A stretch of DNA of 64,000 nt from positions 2,108,001-2,172,000 of the forward strand of contig OX337236.1 of the NCBI GenBank assembly GCA_946965045.2, given 5' to 3'. Below are positions 33,211 through 42,446 of the stretch, piece after piece. A program made the translations under genes and the position numbers. A model generated the notes under the pieces. That model ran no database searches. It was given only the letters and a program-made list of their open reading frames with translations, and was not told where the DNA came from. Positions within the stretch are counted from its first letter, which is position 1. Each line of letters begins with the position of its first letter. Source of the stretch: Epithemia pelagica. Taxonomy: Eukaryota > Protista > Bacillariophyta.

Positions 33211-34225
33211 CCTCGCAGTTGTGGTTGGCCTTGGTTGTGCAGGGAGGAGCCTGTCCCATTGGATTGGCGGAAGAAGCTCAATGGTGTTTGGAATGCGATC
33301 CTCCTCGTGCCATGTTCCCTCGTGATAATCCAGAGACGAACGCGGGGCAACAGTACTGGAACACCGCAACGACGACCCGCACCCAATCTTTCTCGTTGAC
33401 ACCCGACGAACCTTTCTGCAACAATGATACTCGCAATCAAACTGCAACACACGAGTGGTCCATTCTTCGACGATACTTGGAAGGTGGGTTGGGACGGATC
33501 CACAAGAAAAACCGTCCACCCATGGTTCCTGGAATGTCTTGATCCCATCCTCGGTTGCCACGACAGCAGTGGTGATGATGCGAGGCATCTACGGCCAACC
33601 CCTCTTGGACTTGATGAAGGCAGCAAGGACAACAAGTCCCGTCGTCCAAGACCCGTCACCCACACTGACGCATCCTCCTGGACGACAACGACGACGTCGT
33701 CGTCCGACTCTCAATCCTACCGATTTTCGTCGTGTTCCCCCTCCGTCCCAACGAGAATGCCAAACTTTCCAACAAACATGTCTTTCCCTACGACAATCCT
33801 TATCCTTACCGGCCCTGGTCATGGTGCAGGTTCGAATCGAACAGGGCAAGGGCACATTGATTCCAGGCAGTCGCTTGATTCCGTATTTAACATCAGCACC
33901 CAGCAACACTGCCAACCACAAGGATGGCCACGACAACAGTCATGCACTCGAATCCGGTTCCCCCGAATCCCCCATGGGGTTTGTGACGGCCAGTGTCGTT
34001 TCCCCGTCGCGAGGCCGTGGTCATGGAATGGCCGTGGTGGGTGCCGCTCGATTCCTCGACGCACTCCGTCGGGCACCGACCGATCAAACCTTGGTGCAAG
34101 TTTGCGAATTTGCCACGAGTCCACACCAATCTCTGGACCAGCGTCGTCTCTTGGCTCATGTGGTAATAGCTGGTAGGAAACCCACTCATGCTCCGTTGTT
34201 GGTTTCGATCCGGCCACTCTTGTAA
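33211..34225 (+). pseudogene. POP1: 3' fragment of POP1 (RNase P/MRP subunit): POPLD + C-terminal domain, frameshifted near 33520
   Basis: LWLALVVQGGACPIGLAE...MFPRDNPETNAG (POPLD-like) and MGFVTASVVSPSRGRGHGMAV (POP1 C-term-like). No 5' half is present. Confidence 0.7.
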
Positions 34226-34727
34226 CACAGGCACACATATACACTCCTGTTCCTTGTGGGCTTGTGGGATATGACTCGAGAGAACTAGACTGGTGCGGGT
34301 TTTCCATGGCTGACCGCGACACACCCAAACGTTGATGTTCGTTTCTCGTTTGTCCCGGTGCCCTTGGGCAGAGTAGTATGAAATGTCCTCCATCATTTCC
34401 TCCAGCAAATGTGGAGAAGTAGATCGCTGTGCTAGAAAATCTTGTTCCACTATTTCGTCTAGAACAATCGTATGGATCAAGAACATTTTCTGGGTCATAT
34501 GAGTATAGGAGTATTAACATTAGTGTCGTGGGTGGGTGTCGTGGTGGTGGTAGAGTGGGTAGTGGTAGTCGGTCGCGGAAGAGAATTCTTCGGTCGCGGA
34601 ATAAGTCAGGCGGACAGCGGACAGGCAGCCATGGTATCTTTTGTTGGACGCGCGGCATGATGGTCGGTCCAGACCATTCGAGACATCCTCTGTTCCTGGC
34701 AAGGCAGTCACCATCATCATCATCACC

Positions 34728-37163
34728 ATGATGATGGCCACCACCACCGCCGCCGCCACCCGTGGGATTGGCGTTTGGTGTCGCCACAGGATTTCATTGC
34801 CATTGATCCATTCCAAGACCAACAAAACGATTGGAATAGTGGCATCCTGCAACCCGGCTGGGACACTTGGAACATGTCTTGCCGGAACCACGGTGCGGGC
34901 GTTGTCGTCGTCTTGTTCATCATCCATCCTGCTCTCCTCCTCGCCCCTGGGTGGATCCACCATCCGTCACCATCCAAACACAATTTGTGGTTCTTTTTCA
35001 CAAACCATGGCAGTCTCCAATCCCCTCTTGTTGGGAGTTCCGAGCATTTCTCGTGTTCCAGTGTGGCATCACCAACAACACCGCGGCATGGCGGGTCGCA
35101 AGAAACGAAAATCACATGTGGGACTTAGCAAGAGGCGGAAGATCGACCTTATGACCGGAGACGTGGATCTGGGTGCAGCTTCTGTTGGAGCTGACGAAAT
35201 GATTGTACATGAAGCGACAACACCTTTGGATGAAGCGAAGATTGAATCGAAGCCAGCGGCACTGCCAACAGTTCCACCACCAGTGTCAACGGCAGCGGAA
35301 ACATCAGCAACGCAGGAGCTGCATGCGTCGACGTCGTCCCGACTGTTTCAAATCCCTGACATCCCTACGACAGATGATTTAGTTGTCAAGGTTGTTGATT
35401 TCGAAGACGACATTCAGCGGGCGCAAATGGAAGCAGACCTTCGCAACGAAAGCAAATTCATATCGAAAATCACTGAGGGAACAACTGCTTGGAAATTCAA
35501 CAAGGAACGGAGCGAACAAATCAAAGGGCTACTTGAATCCAACGAGGTGATAGACGAGCACGGAACTGGCCTTCACTACTTCAACCTAAGTGAAGATCAT
35601 GGCATCGACATGGACATGGCAGGAAATCCGAATCTTATCACTCGCCCTCACAGTCGCAGAGTCGTTACTGCAATCGAGGACGTCTGGAAGAATCATCAGC
35701 GCACTCTGAGCTATATCATTGGACCACCGGGTGTAGGCAAGACTAGGACGTTACAGCTGTTGCTTCGACGATTTCTCCTTGACACATCAGGCGATTCGGC
35801 AAAAAGCATCCGCTACTACAGCCAAAAGGAAGGGTTTGCTTTGTGGATTATTCTCGTTGATGACAGACTTTCGGTTTTCATGGCGAAAGAGAATCCGGAC
35901 GGATTCTTCATGACGGAAAGCCTGTCAGGAAGCATGTTTGAGAAATCCGTGGTTCTTCTTGACCCAAAAGAAGCTGAAAAAGGAGGAGCTGAGTTTGTGC
36001 ATTCGCGACGCCACATGGTTGTTGCTTGTAGCGCAAACGAAAAGCATTTTCCACTTGACCCGAGCAAAGTCTTGAACCTCTTTCACTTCTATGTCGGATT
36101 GTGGACGCGCGATGAGCTGCGTCGCGTCGCCGAGCTCAAGTTGATACCCCTGGAGAAAGGTGACACGATCGATTCTGGCGTCATCGACCAAAGAGCCAAT
36201 AAAGTTGGAGAAGCACCGCGATATATTTTTGCGAAAACGCTCTACAACCGCCGTGTCAAGCGCATCCAAGAACGAGCAAGACTGCTTGATGCCGACATTG
36301 TCCGCAGCGCGCTCACGGATAGGGCTGTTGAGCGAAATGGAACCGTTGCTGGCTGTTTCTTTGCCCATATAAACAACTTCTCTGTCGACGGGAGCTCAGA
36401 CTTCTCGATCCCGAATATTCGATACCTTAGTCGCTTTTCTGTGGCGACTATCTACGAAGCACATCGGTCCACTATGCTGTCGGCAATGGCACAAGCCACC
36501 AATGATGACGGAGGCCTTTTTGAGCTTCTGGCAGGTTGGGACGTCCATACTGGGGGCGACTTTGTAGTTCGAGAGATGGTGTACACGCGGGAAAAATCAG
36601 CTGAAGGAGCTCAGGAAAGTGAGGCGAAGCAAGCAATTCTGAAGTCGACAAGATCTACGATGTCTCTTGAAGCGCAATCGAAGACCAAGTTTCTTCTACC
36701 GGATACGCCAACGGAAATCACTCGAACTGGTTGTGTCCAACCTTTGCTGCAGTTTGGCGAGGCTCCACTCGTAGCTGCCACATTTGTTGGTCTTTCAAAG
36801 TGCTATCCGGCCATTGATTACATTGGTAAACGCCGGGACGTTTACCAAGCTACAACTGGCGATGATCATGATCGAAATGGTTGGATTGAGCTTCTTGTCG
36901 ATGCAGGTATATTGGTCTCTGAAAAGTCACCGCTGGCAGTGGCCGAGGACGCGAAAGACCTCACTTTCTACTGGGTTGTTCCTGCATGGAAAGAGGATAA
37001 ATGGTCCAACGCTGCCAAGACTCTGCGAAGGAAGGACTGTTGCGGACTATCGACAAGAGATATTGCAGTGGCAAACAAGGCCCTGCGGGACCATGTTGTG
37101 CAGAGAGTCCTGCTCATTCCCCTTCATAGAGCGACGGTCGTGACCGCGGCATCATCACTGTAG
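34728..37163 (+). CDS. Crinkler/RHS-type NTPase + REase, intact copy A with a chimeric presequence-like N-terminus (811 aa)
   Basis: Uninterrupted ORF with the same NTPase/REase motifs as A'. The first about 130 aa (34728-35114) are not shared with A' and contain no D or E. Confidence 0.75.
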   Translation: MMMATTTAAATRGIGVWCRHRISLPLIHSKTNKTIGIVASCNPAGTLGTCLAGTTVRALSSSCSSSILLSSSPLGGSTIRHHPNTICGSFSQTMAVSNPLLLGVPSISRVPVWHHQQHRGMAGRKKRKSHVGLSKRRKIDLMTGDVDLGAASVGADEMIVHEATTPLDEAKIESKPAALPTVPPPVSTAAETSATQELHASTSSRLFQIPDIPTTDDLVVKVVDFEDDIQRAQMEADLRNESKFISKITEGTTAWKFNKERSEQIKGLLESNEVIDEHGTGLHYFNLSEDHGIDMDMAGNPNLITRPHSRRVVTAIEDVWKNHQRTLSYIIGPPGVGKTRTLQLLLRRFLLDTSGDSAKSIRYYSQKEGFALWIILVDDRLSVFMAKENPDGFFMTESLSGSMFEKSVVLLDPKEAEKGGAEFVHSRRHMVVACSANEKHFPLDPSKVLNLFHFYVGLWTRDELRRVAELKLIPLEKGDTIDSGVIDQRANKVGEAPRYIFAKTLYNRRVKRIQERARLLDADIVRSALTDRAVERNGTVAGCFFAHINNFSVDGSSDFSIPNIRYLSRFSVATIYEAHRSTMLSAMAQATNDDGGLFELLAGWDVHTGGDFVVREMVYTREKSAEGAQESEAKQAILKSTRSTMSLEAQSKTKFLLPDTPTEITRTGCVQPLLQFGEAPLVAATFVGLSKCYPAIDYIGKRRDVYQATTGDDHDRNGWIELLVDAGILVSEKSPLAVAEDAKDLTFYWVVPAWKEDKWSNAAKTLRRKDCCGLSTRDIAVANKALRDHVVQRVLLIPLHRATVVTAASSL

Positions 37164-37466
37164 AGAGTCCGAGTGTCGTACGGATACTTGATTCATCATG
37201 CATTGCATATAACGCACGTGTCAAGTTTAATCCATTGAATCTTTTGGGGGCGTGACTATGACGATGACGGGGAACAGCTCTCGTTTTCAAACTCTCAATG
37301 GGGAAGATCTCTTCCCAGAAGTTGCAAGACTAGTGGAAGAGAGACCATTCAAAAGTTGCAAGAACGAAGAGACAGAGAAGAATCGAACACTCACCATCCC
37401 TCCTCTTCCGCAAGTCACTCACAATTTCCATCTGGACAAGGAGCTTCCAAAACCACCTACCACACC

Positions 37467-39150
37467 ATGGCAACATCTTCAACCACAACGACTGCCTCCA
37501 CGATTTGCAGTATGGATGACTGGAATGTGGATGTGGTGTTGCGGGTGCTTCCCTATTTGTACTTTTTGGATACAAATCGTTTCCAAAAGTCTTCGCGTCG
37601 CTATTGGTATTTAGTTCAGGAATACCGTCGTCTCTTTCACACTCCCAACGTGGTCACCTTCACCAGAATGGATGGGCGATCAGCCTACAGTTGCACAAAG
37701 TATGCGCAAGGAATGATGCAATACGCGGTCCATCATAAATTGCAAACTTCGCACAATTCTATTGTCGCTAGTTCTCAACCGTCAAGTACCTTACGACGAG
37801 AGTTACCGGGCTGGATGCCATCCGACTGTGTCGTTTTGGGGACAATATCCGTTATTTTGCAAACCACCGTTCCCATTTGCTCGATCGGCCCGGAAGATGG
37901 GCTCTTGCTCGTCACCCTACCACGCAATTCGATGTATCCGTTTAGTTTTACCACTACTGGAGAAGCAGGATTACCTACGTCGTCCTCTGCGAACACGATG
38001 AGGTCCACAACTTTGGCTGCCACCCGTGACTTGATTCAGCAATTACAAACGCAATACAGTATTTTGAGGGCAGAAATCCCTCAGCAATTTGGATACATGG
38101 GATAGAAAATAGAGAGAATCAAGTCGATCACGTTTTGGCAACCTTACAACAAGCCTTCCCCCAGACCACTTTGGTCGGTGGTTTGTGCCGTGGCGGCTTC
38201 GTTTCCGAGTCTTTTGACTCTTCAACAACAACAAACCAGTTGGACACAATGTCAAGGTGGGAATTGAGAGAATGATATTTGTCATTGGGTGGGCACGAAT
38301 ACAGAGCGTCCCGGAGATGGACCCAAGAGAAATTGAAGAATTGTGTGCGACCAATGTTTATCCTATCGATTGAAAAGACGATGTGTATGACGAGCCAGAG
38401 AGTAGTGTTGTTTTTGGAGTGGCAGTTTTCAATGTTCCGGTACACGCCGTTGTGTCGCAAGGATTCGAATCCTTGACGCTTCCAGCAACTGGAATACCAT
38501 CCATTCCCAACACCACACCACAGCCACCCACGGCATTGGCCAGTAGTATCTTTTTAGTTCATCAAGCTGCCTATTATCGTCCGGGTCAGGATGGGTACAT
38601 ATTTCAAACCGATCCTCCCTCTGCTATTGATGAGGGACAAACGATAACCGTTCCAGATTCCTCTCTATAGGGCTTCCCCTCGTATCACATGATTCGACAA
38701 ATTTGCAATACGGATACAGGACAAGTTTACACACCAGCCGAATTTCAAAGCCAATATGGCGCTCCGGCCTTGATTGGAATGCAACGTTCGGGTGAAAATG
38801 GATTTACCTTGTATCAACCTCATGAAATATCCGATCAATACGATGCTTACATCATTTTGCATACCGGCCCGGAACCAGCTGAGAACGGTCCGGTAGTTGT
38901 AGGTGCGGTGAGCAGTGGTACAGTCAATCGGATCATGATGAATATGGACAAAGAGCCTGTGTCCATCGTAATGCGGCCGTCTTAGTCCTGTTTGTTACCC
39001 CGCCCCAAGAGCCACCTTCATTTGCTTCCTTGTCCCATGCAGACATTCAAGATGATCCCGAAACTATTCAACTAGCGATTCAATCACACTTGTTGCGTGG
39101 ACAACGGCCCATTAACCAACCGCAAGATGCTGTGAGACTGGAAACTGATT
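37467..39150 (+). pseudogene. F-box/FIST copy F5 (frameshifts, stops, internal deletions)
   Basis: Homologous to F4/F3. Frameshift near 38050, TGA near 38273 and TAG at 38668. Its 3' flank matches the F3 3' flank (13381-13509). Confidence 0.85.
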
Positions 39151-39521
39151 GACTTGGCGGGAAACGTATGTTATCTACTCTTCTTTGTCGATGAGTATGT
39201 GTTCTAGTTTGGGTCGTGGGTGGTGGTGTTGCGTTGTCCAGGGAATTGGGTGGACGATCTCTCTATTTTCTGTAGATGTAATTAGTATTCCTACAGAACA
39301 CACACAAGTAGTTTCTAGGGTCTTCTCCTATTCGTTTATCATAATATATTGTATATACAAAGATTTCTTCACCATGGTCTTTGCAGCAACAATTGTTCCG
39401 AGTAGGGAACCCGCAAGTCTCTTTGACTGGACACGAGCGTAGTCCTGGGTCATGTTCATGTTGCTGCTAGTGACTCTGGCTGTGTTGTTTCTCATGGTTT
39501 CGTTCCATTCTCTAGCACGAA

Positions 39522-41786
39522 TTACTTGGGGACCAGTGCCAAGACCAAAGTTGCCCCCAAGGGATCCGTCGAGGAGGACGACGACGACCACCATGCCCAC
39601 CAGGTTCGTGTCAAGAGCCATCCCATGCCATAGCCCGTGACCAGACACACCAAGAGGACTGCCACAGCTTCCAAACCAAAGGCCCAGGGATTGGTGGCCG
39701 CCGCCGCCGCGGAGGATTCCATGGATTCTTCCGTCCGGGTGGGCGATCGGGGTGGTGGTGGTGATTGGGGAGCCGTTCCTCCTCCCACAAAACGACTTTT
39801 CCAAATGCCCAAACTCCCCATACACAAACACGACAAGAGGACAAAGAGGGTTTCCGGTTGAATGAGGGGACCTGCCGTGGCGGCAGTCTCATGGTCCGCA
39901 ATCACGACCTTACCCGTATCTTGTTCGACTTGTTGTTGTTGTTGCTGGTGGTGATGCTCTTGTGCGGCTGCCACCAGTGTTTGCAAGCAACAAATCGTAC
40001 TAGGAATCAAGGCAAAGAGCGAAAATCCCACCATCATACAAAAGGATTCTCGCCGGGCTTCGGAGACAGCCATGCGAACCGAATGCCATTCGTCGTCCTC
40101 CTCGTCCTCGTTGTCGCCCCGGGTATTCGAAGCATGATGATGTGGTGGTGGTGGTTGTGAATCCACCATGTACTCGTGAGGATTCTTGGCTTGCCAAGGA
40201 TGTTGCTGCTGCTGATGTTGTTGTTGGTAGTGGTCATACGGATAGGTACCAGGAGGATAGTCTGGACCTCCCGTAGTGGCGTTGCTCGCTTTGGCCGTTT
40301 CCAATGCCATGGCCGAGAGGGACAGGGCCGAACTCGGGTTGTTGTTGCTGCTGTGCATGGAATGATGGTTGGTCAAGGGATCACCGAGCAAGGCACTGGT
40401 CAACAAATCCGGATATCCTTCAAGGGTATCGGCCAAACTCATGGCATCAATTTTGAGCATTCCTCGTTGTTGCAACAGGGCGTGGACCAATTCGGCCTTG
40501 GCTCGGGCCGTATGGTGCAACACATGCTCATGCCAGGCGGCCCGTTCCACCGCCTGGACGCGCGTCCAGGTCCGAGTCGTCCAGACATGACCCCACGCCA
40601 TACAGACCGCATCGGCCACACAGGCGGCAGCGGTAAAGGCCAAGACAAACAAGGCGACATCCAAGGGAGGAGCCGCCGCCAGGGACAAGGGATGGGTCGA
40701 CGACGAGGACTCAACGACATGACTTGTTGTACTTGTTTCCAAGGATGACGACGACGAATCGTAATAGGGATGCGAAAAGGCGAGCAAGCCGGTTCCCCAA
40801 AAGGCGGCCAAAATACCGGCACCCGTCGACATGCCATCAATGGCTCCGAAACAAAAGGATCGACACTGAGTTTCGGAAATGGCGGGCCACAGAAAACACC
40901 ACCACCATGGTCGGTGTCGTTCCTGTGCACCATCCTGGTGAGGTGGTGGTGGAGCATCGGGATGACTGTACCAAAATTCGTGATGATCCTGTGCTTGCGG
41001 GTAGTGTTGTTGCTGCTGCTGATGTTGCTGGTAGTGTTGTGGATGCGAGGGTGATGGTTGTTCTTGTGATGATGATGATACGGCCCCATACGAAACCAAT
41101 CCACCCGTGTGTGCGACGGATCGTGACAGAGACAGGGAGGGTGTTGCAGTAGTCCCTAAATTCGTATGGGAGTCGCCACCACCCACAAAGGCACCCAACA
41201 AGACAGAATGCGATCCATGCTTGGCCGACATGCTCGCCGTTCGATGAGGAGACGATGATCCATCGTGAGGGTTGTTGTTGTTGTTGTTGTTGTTATTGCT
41301 CATGATGGAGGATGGTGTTGTCGTATGGGGCATTTGAAGAGAATTGTGACGTGTGGGAGGACCTTCGGCACCATACGACAAAGAAGAGGATGCCAAGGGC
41401 TTTAAGGAATTCATCCACAAGGTGCCTTGTCCGACACCCTCTTGTTGTTGCTGGGACGGCAGGGGTGTTTCCGACACCACGGGATTCAAGGTATCCAAGG
41501 TACTTTGGGAAAGATCGTCATCGTCGTCATTATCGTCCCCATTCCCATTGTGTGTTGGAATATAGGGTGGTGGTGGTTGATGTTGCTGTTGTTGTTGGAG
41601 TTGTCCAGCTTGTTCGTTTTGCAATTCAATCATGCGTTGCATTTGTGCTTGCACACTCGAAATGCCCCCTCCACCCGATCCTTGTTGTTGTTGCTGTTGC
41701 TGCTGCGGTGCGGTCGTCACCGAGGAACCGTTGTTGGTTCGGTGGTTCGGAGAGCCCGAAGTAGTAGGTGCAGTGTTATTTCTCAT
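39522..41786 (-). CDS. VIT1/CCC1 family vacuolar iron/manganese transporter with long low-complexity N-terminus
   Basis: Motifs RSFCFGAIDGMSTG, ADAVCMAWG, ERAAW...KAEL and ARRESFCMMVGFSLFALIP. Confidence 0.8.
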   Translation of the reverse strand: MRNNTAPTTSGSPNHRTNNGSSVTTAPQQQQQQQQGSGGGGISSVQAQMQRMIELQNEQAGQLQQQQQHQPPPPYIPTHNGNGDDNDDDDDLSQSTLDTLNPVVSETPLPSQQQQEGVGQGTLWMNSLKPLASSSLSYGAEGPPTRHNSLQMPHTTTPSSIMSNNNNNNNNNPHDGSSSPHRTASMSAKHGSHSVLLGAFVGGGDSHTNLGTTATPSLSLSRSVAHTGGLVSYGAVSSSSQEQPSPSHPQHYQQHQQQQQHYPQAQDHHEFWYSHPDAPPPPHQDGAQERHRPWWWCFLWPAISETQCRSFCFGAIDGMSTGAGILAAFWGTGLLAFSHPYYDSSSSSLETSTTSHVVESSSSTHPLSLAAAPPLDVALFVLAFTAAACVADAVCMAWGHVWTTRTWTRVQAVERAAWHEHVLHHTARAKAELVHALLQQRGMLKIDAMSLADTLEGYPDLLTSALLGDPLTNHHSMHSSNNNPSSALSLSAMALETAKASNATTGGPDYPPGTYPYDHYQQQHQQQQHPWQAKNPHEYMVDSQPPPPHHHASNTRGDNEDEEDDEWHSVRMAVSEARRESFCMMVGFSLFALIPSTICCLQTLVAAAQEHHHQQQQQQVEQDTGKVVIADHETAATAGPLIQPETLFVLLSCLCMGSLGIWKSRFVGGGTAPQSPPPPRSPTRTEESMESSAAAAATNPWAFGLEAVAVLLVCLVTGYGMGWLLTRTWWAWWSSSSSSTDPLGATLVLALVPK

Positions 41787-42446
41787 GGTGAGAAAAAGGG
41801 ATGATGTAATAGAGAGATGGGAGGAGATCTCCCTTCTACCCTCTACCTCTTTACTTCAGCCAGACAAAAGGATGTAACTATGTATGTGTAGTGACCTGAG
41901 GTGACTTGGTGTAGGCAGCAACCGCAACACACAAGTTTATCTCGAGTTTCTATCTTGTCGCCGGTAGGGGGAGACAGGAGGAAAGGATACGGATCCCAAT
42001 GACATCTGTCATCTTGGGATGGATGCGAAAGTTGAGATGCGAACCAAATTCCTATCATTCGTATCATTCTTGCGGAGGGCAAAATCATGGTTCCACTTTT
42101 CCATCATCGTTCCGGGGAGTCCATTTACATATTATGCGACTATTCAGCGATCCATCATTTTGGGACGCACTTTTTCCAGAATTACGTCAGTTTCCAACCA
42201 CTCATCGATCGATCTTTTGATGGATTGGATCCTCTCTCTCCGTATGGATTGTGTCATCCACCCACATTGACTCATTGGTATACACAACCAAGAGAGAGAG
42301 AGAGAGCCGTCGTGGATCACCCGTTTGCGTCTTCCAAAACACAAAGGTTTCCTTGCCAGAGACACTCTCACTTTTTGGCTTGGGATATTGGCACTCTGTC
42401 GTTACATCAGCATCTTTGTTTTGGCATACACGGTCTTGGTTTGTGA

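Noticed and set aside
29698-39150. Whole duplication as a pure haplotype-assembly artefact
   Set aside because: The copies have distinct junction sequences, private indels and a captured POP1 segment between them. An artefact is not excluded without reads, but it is not the simplest reading.
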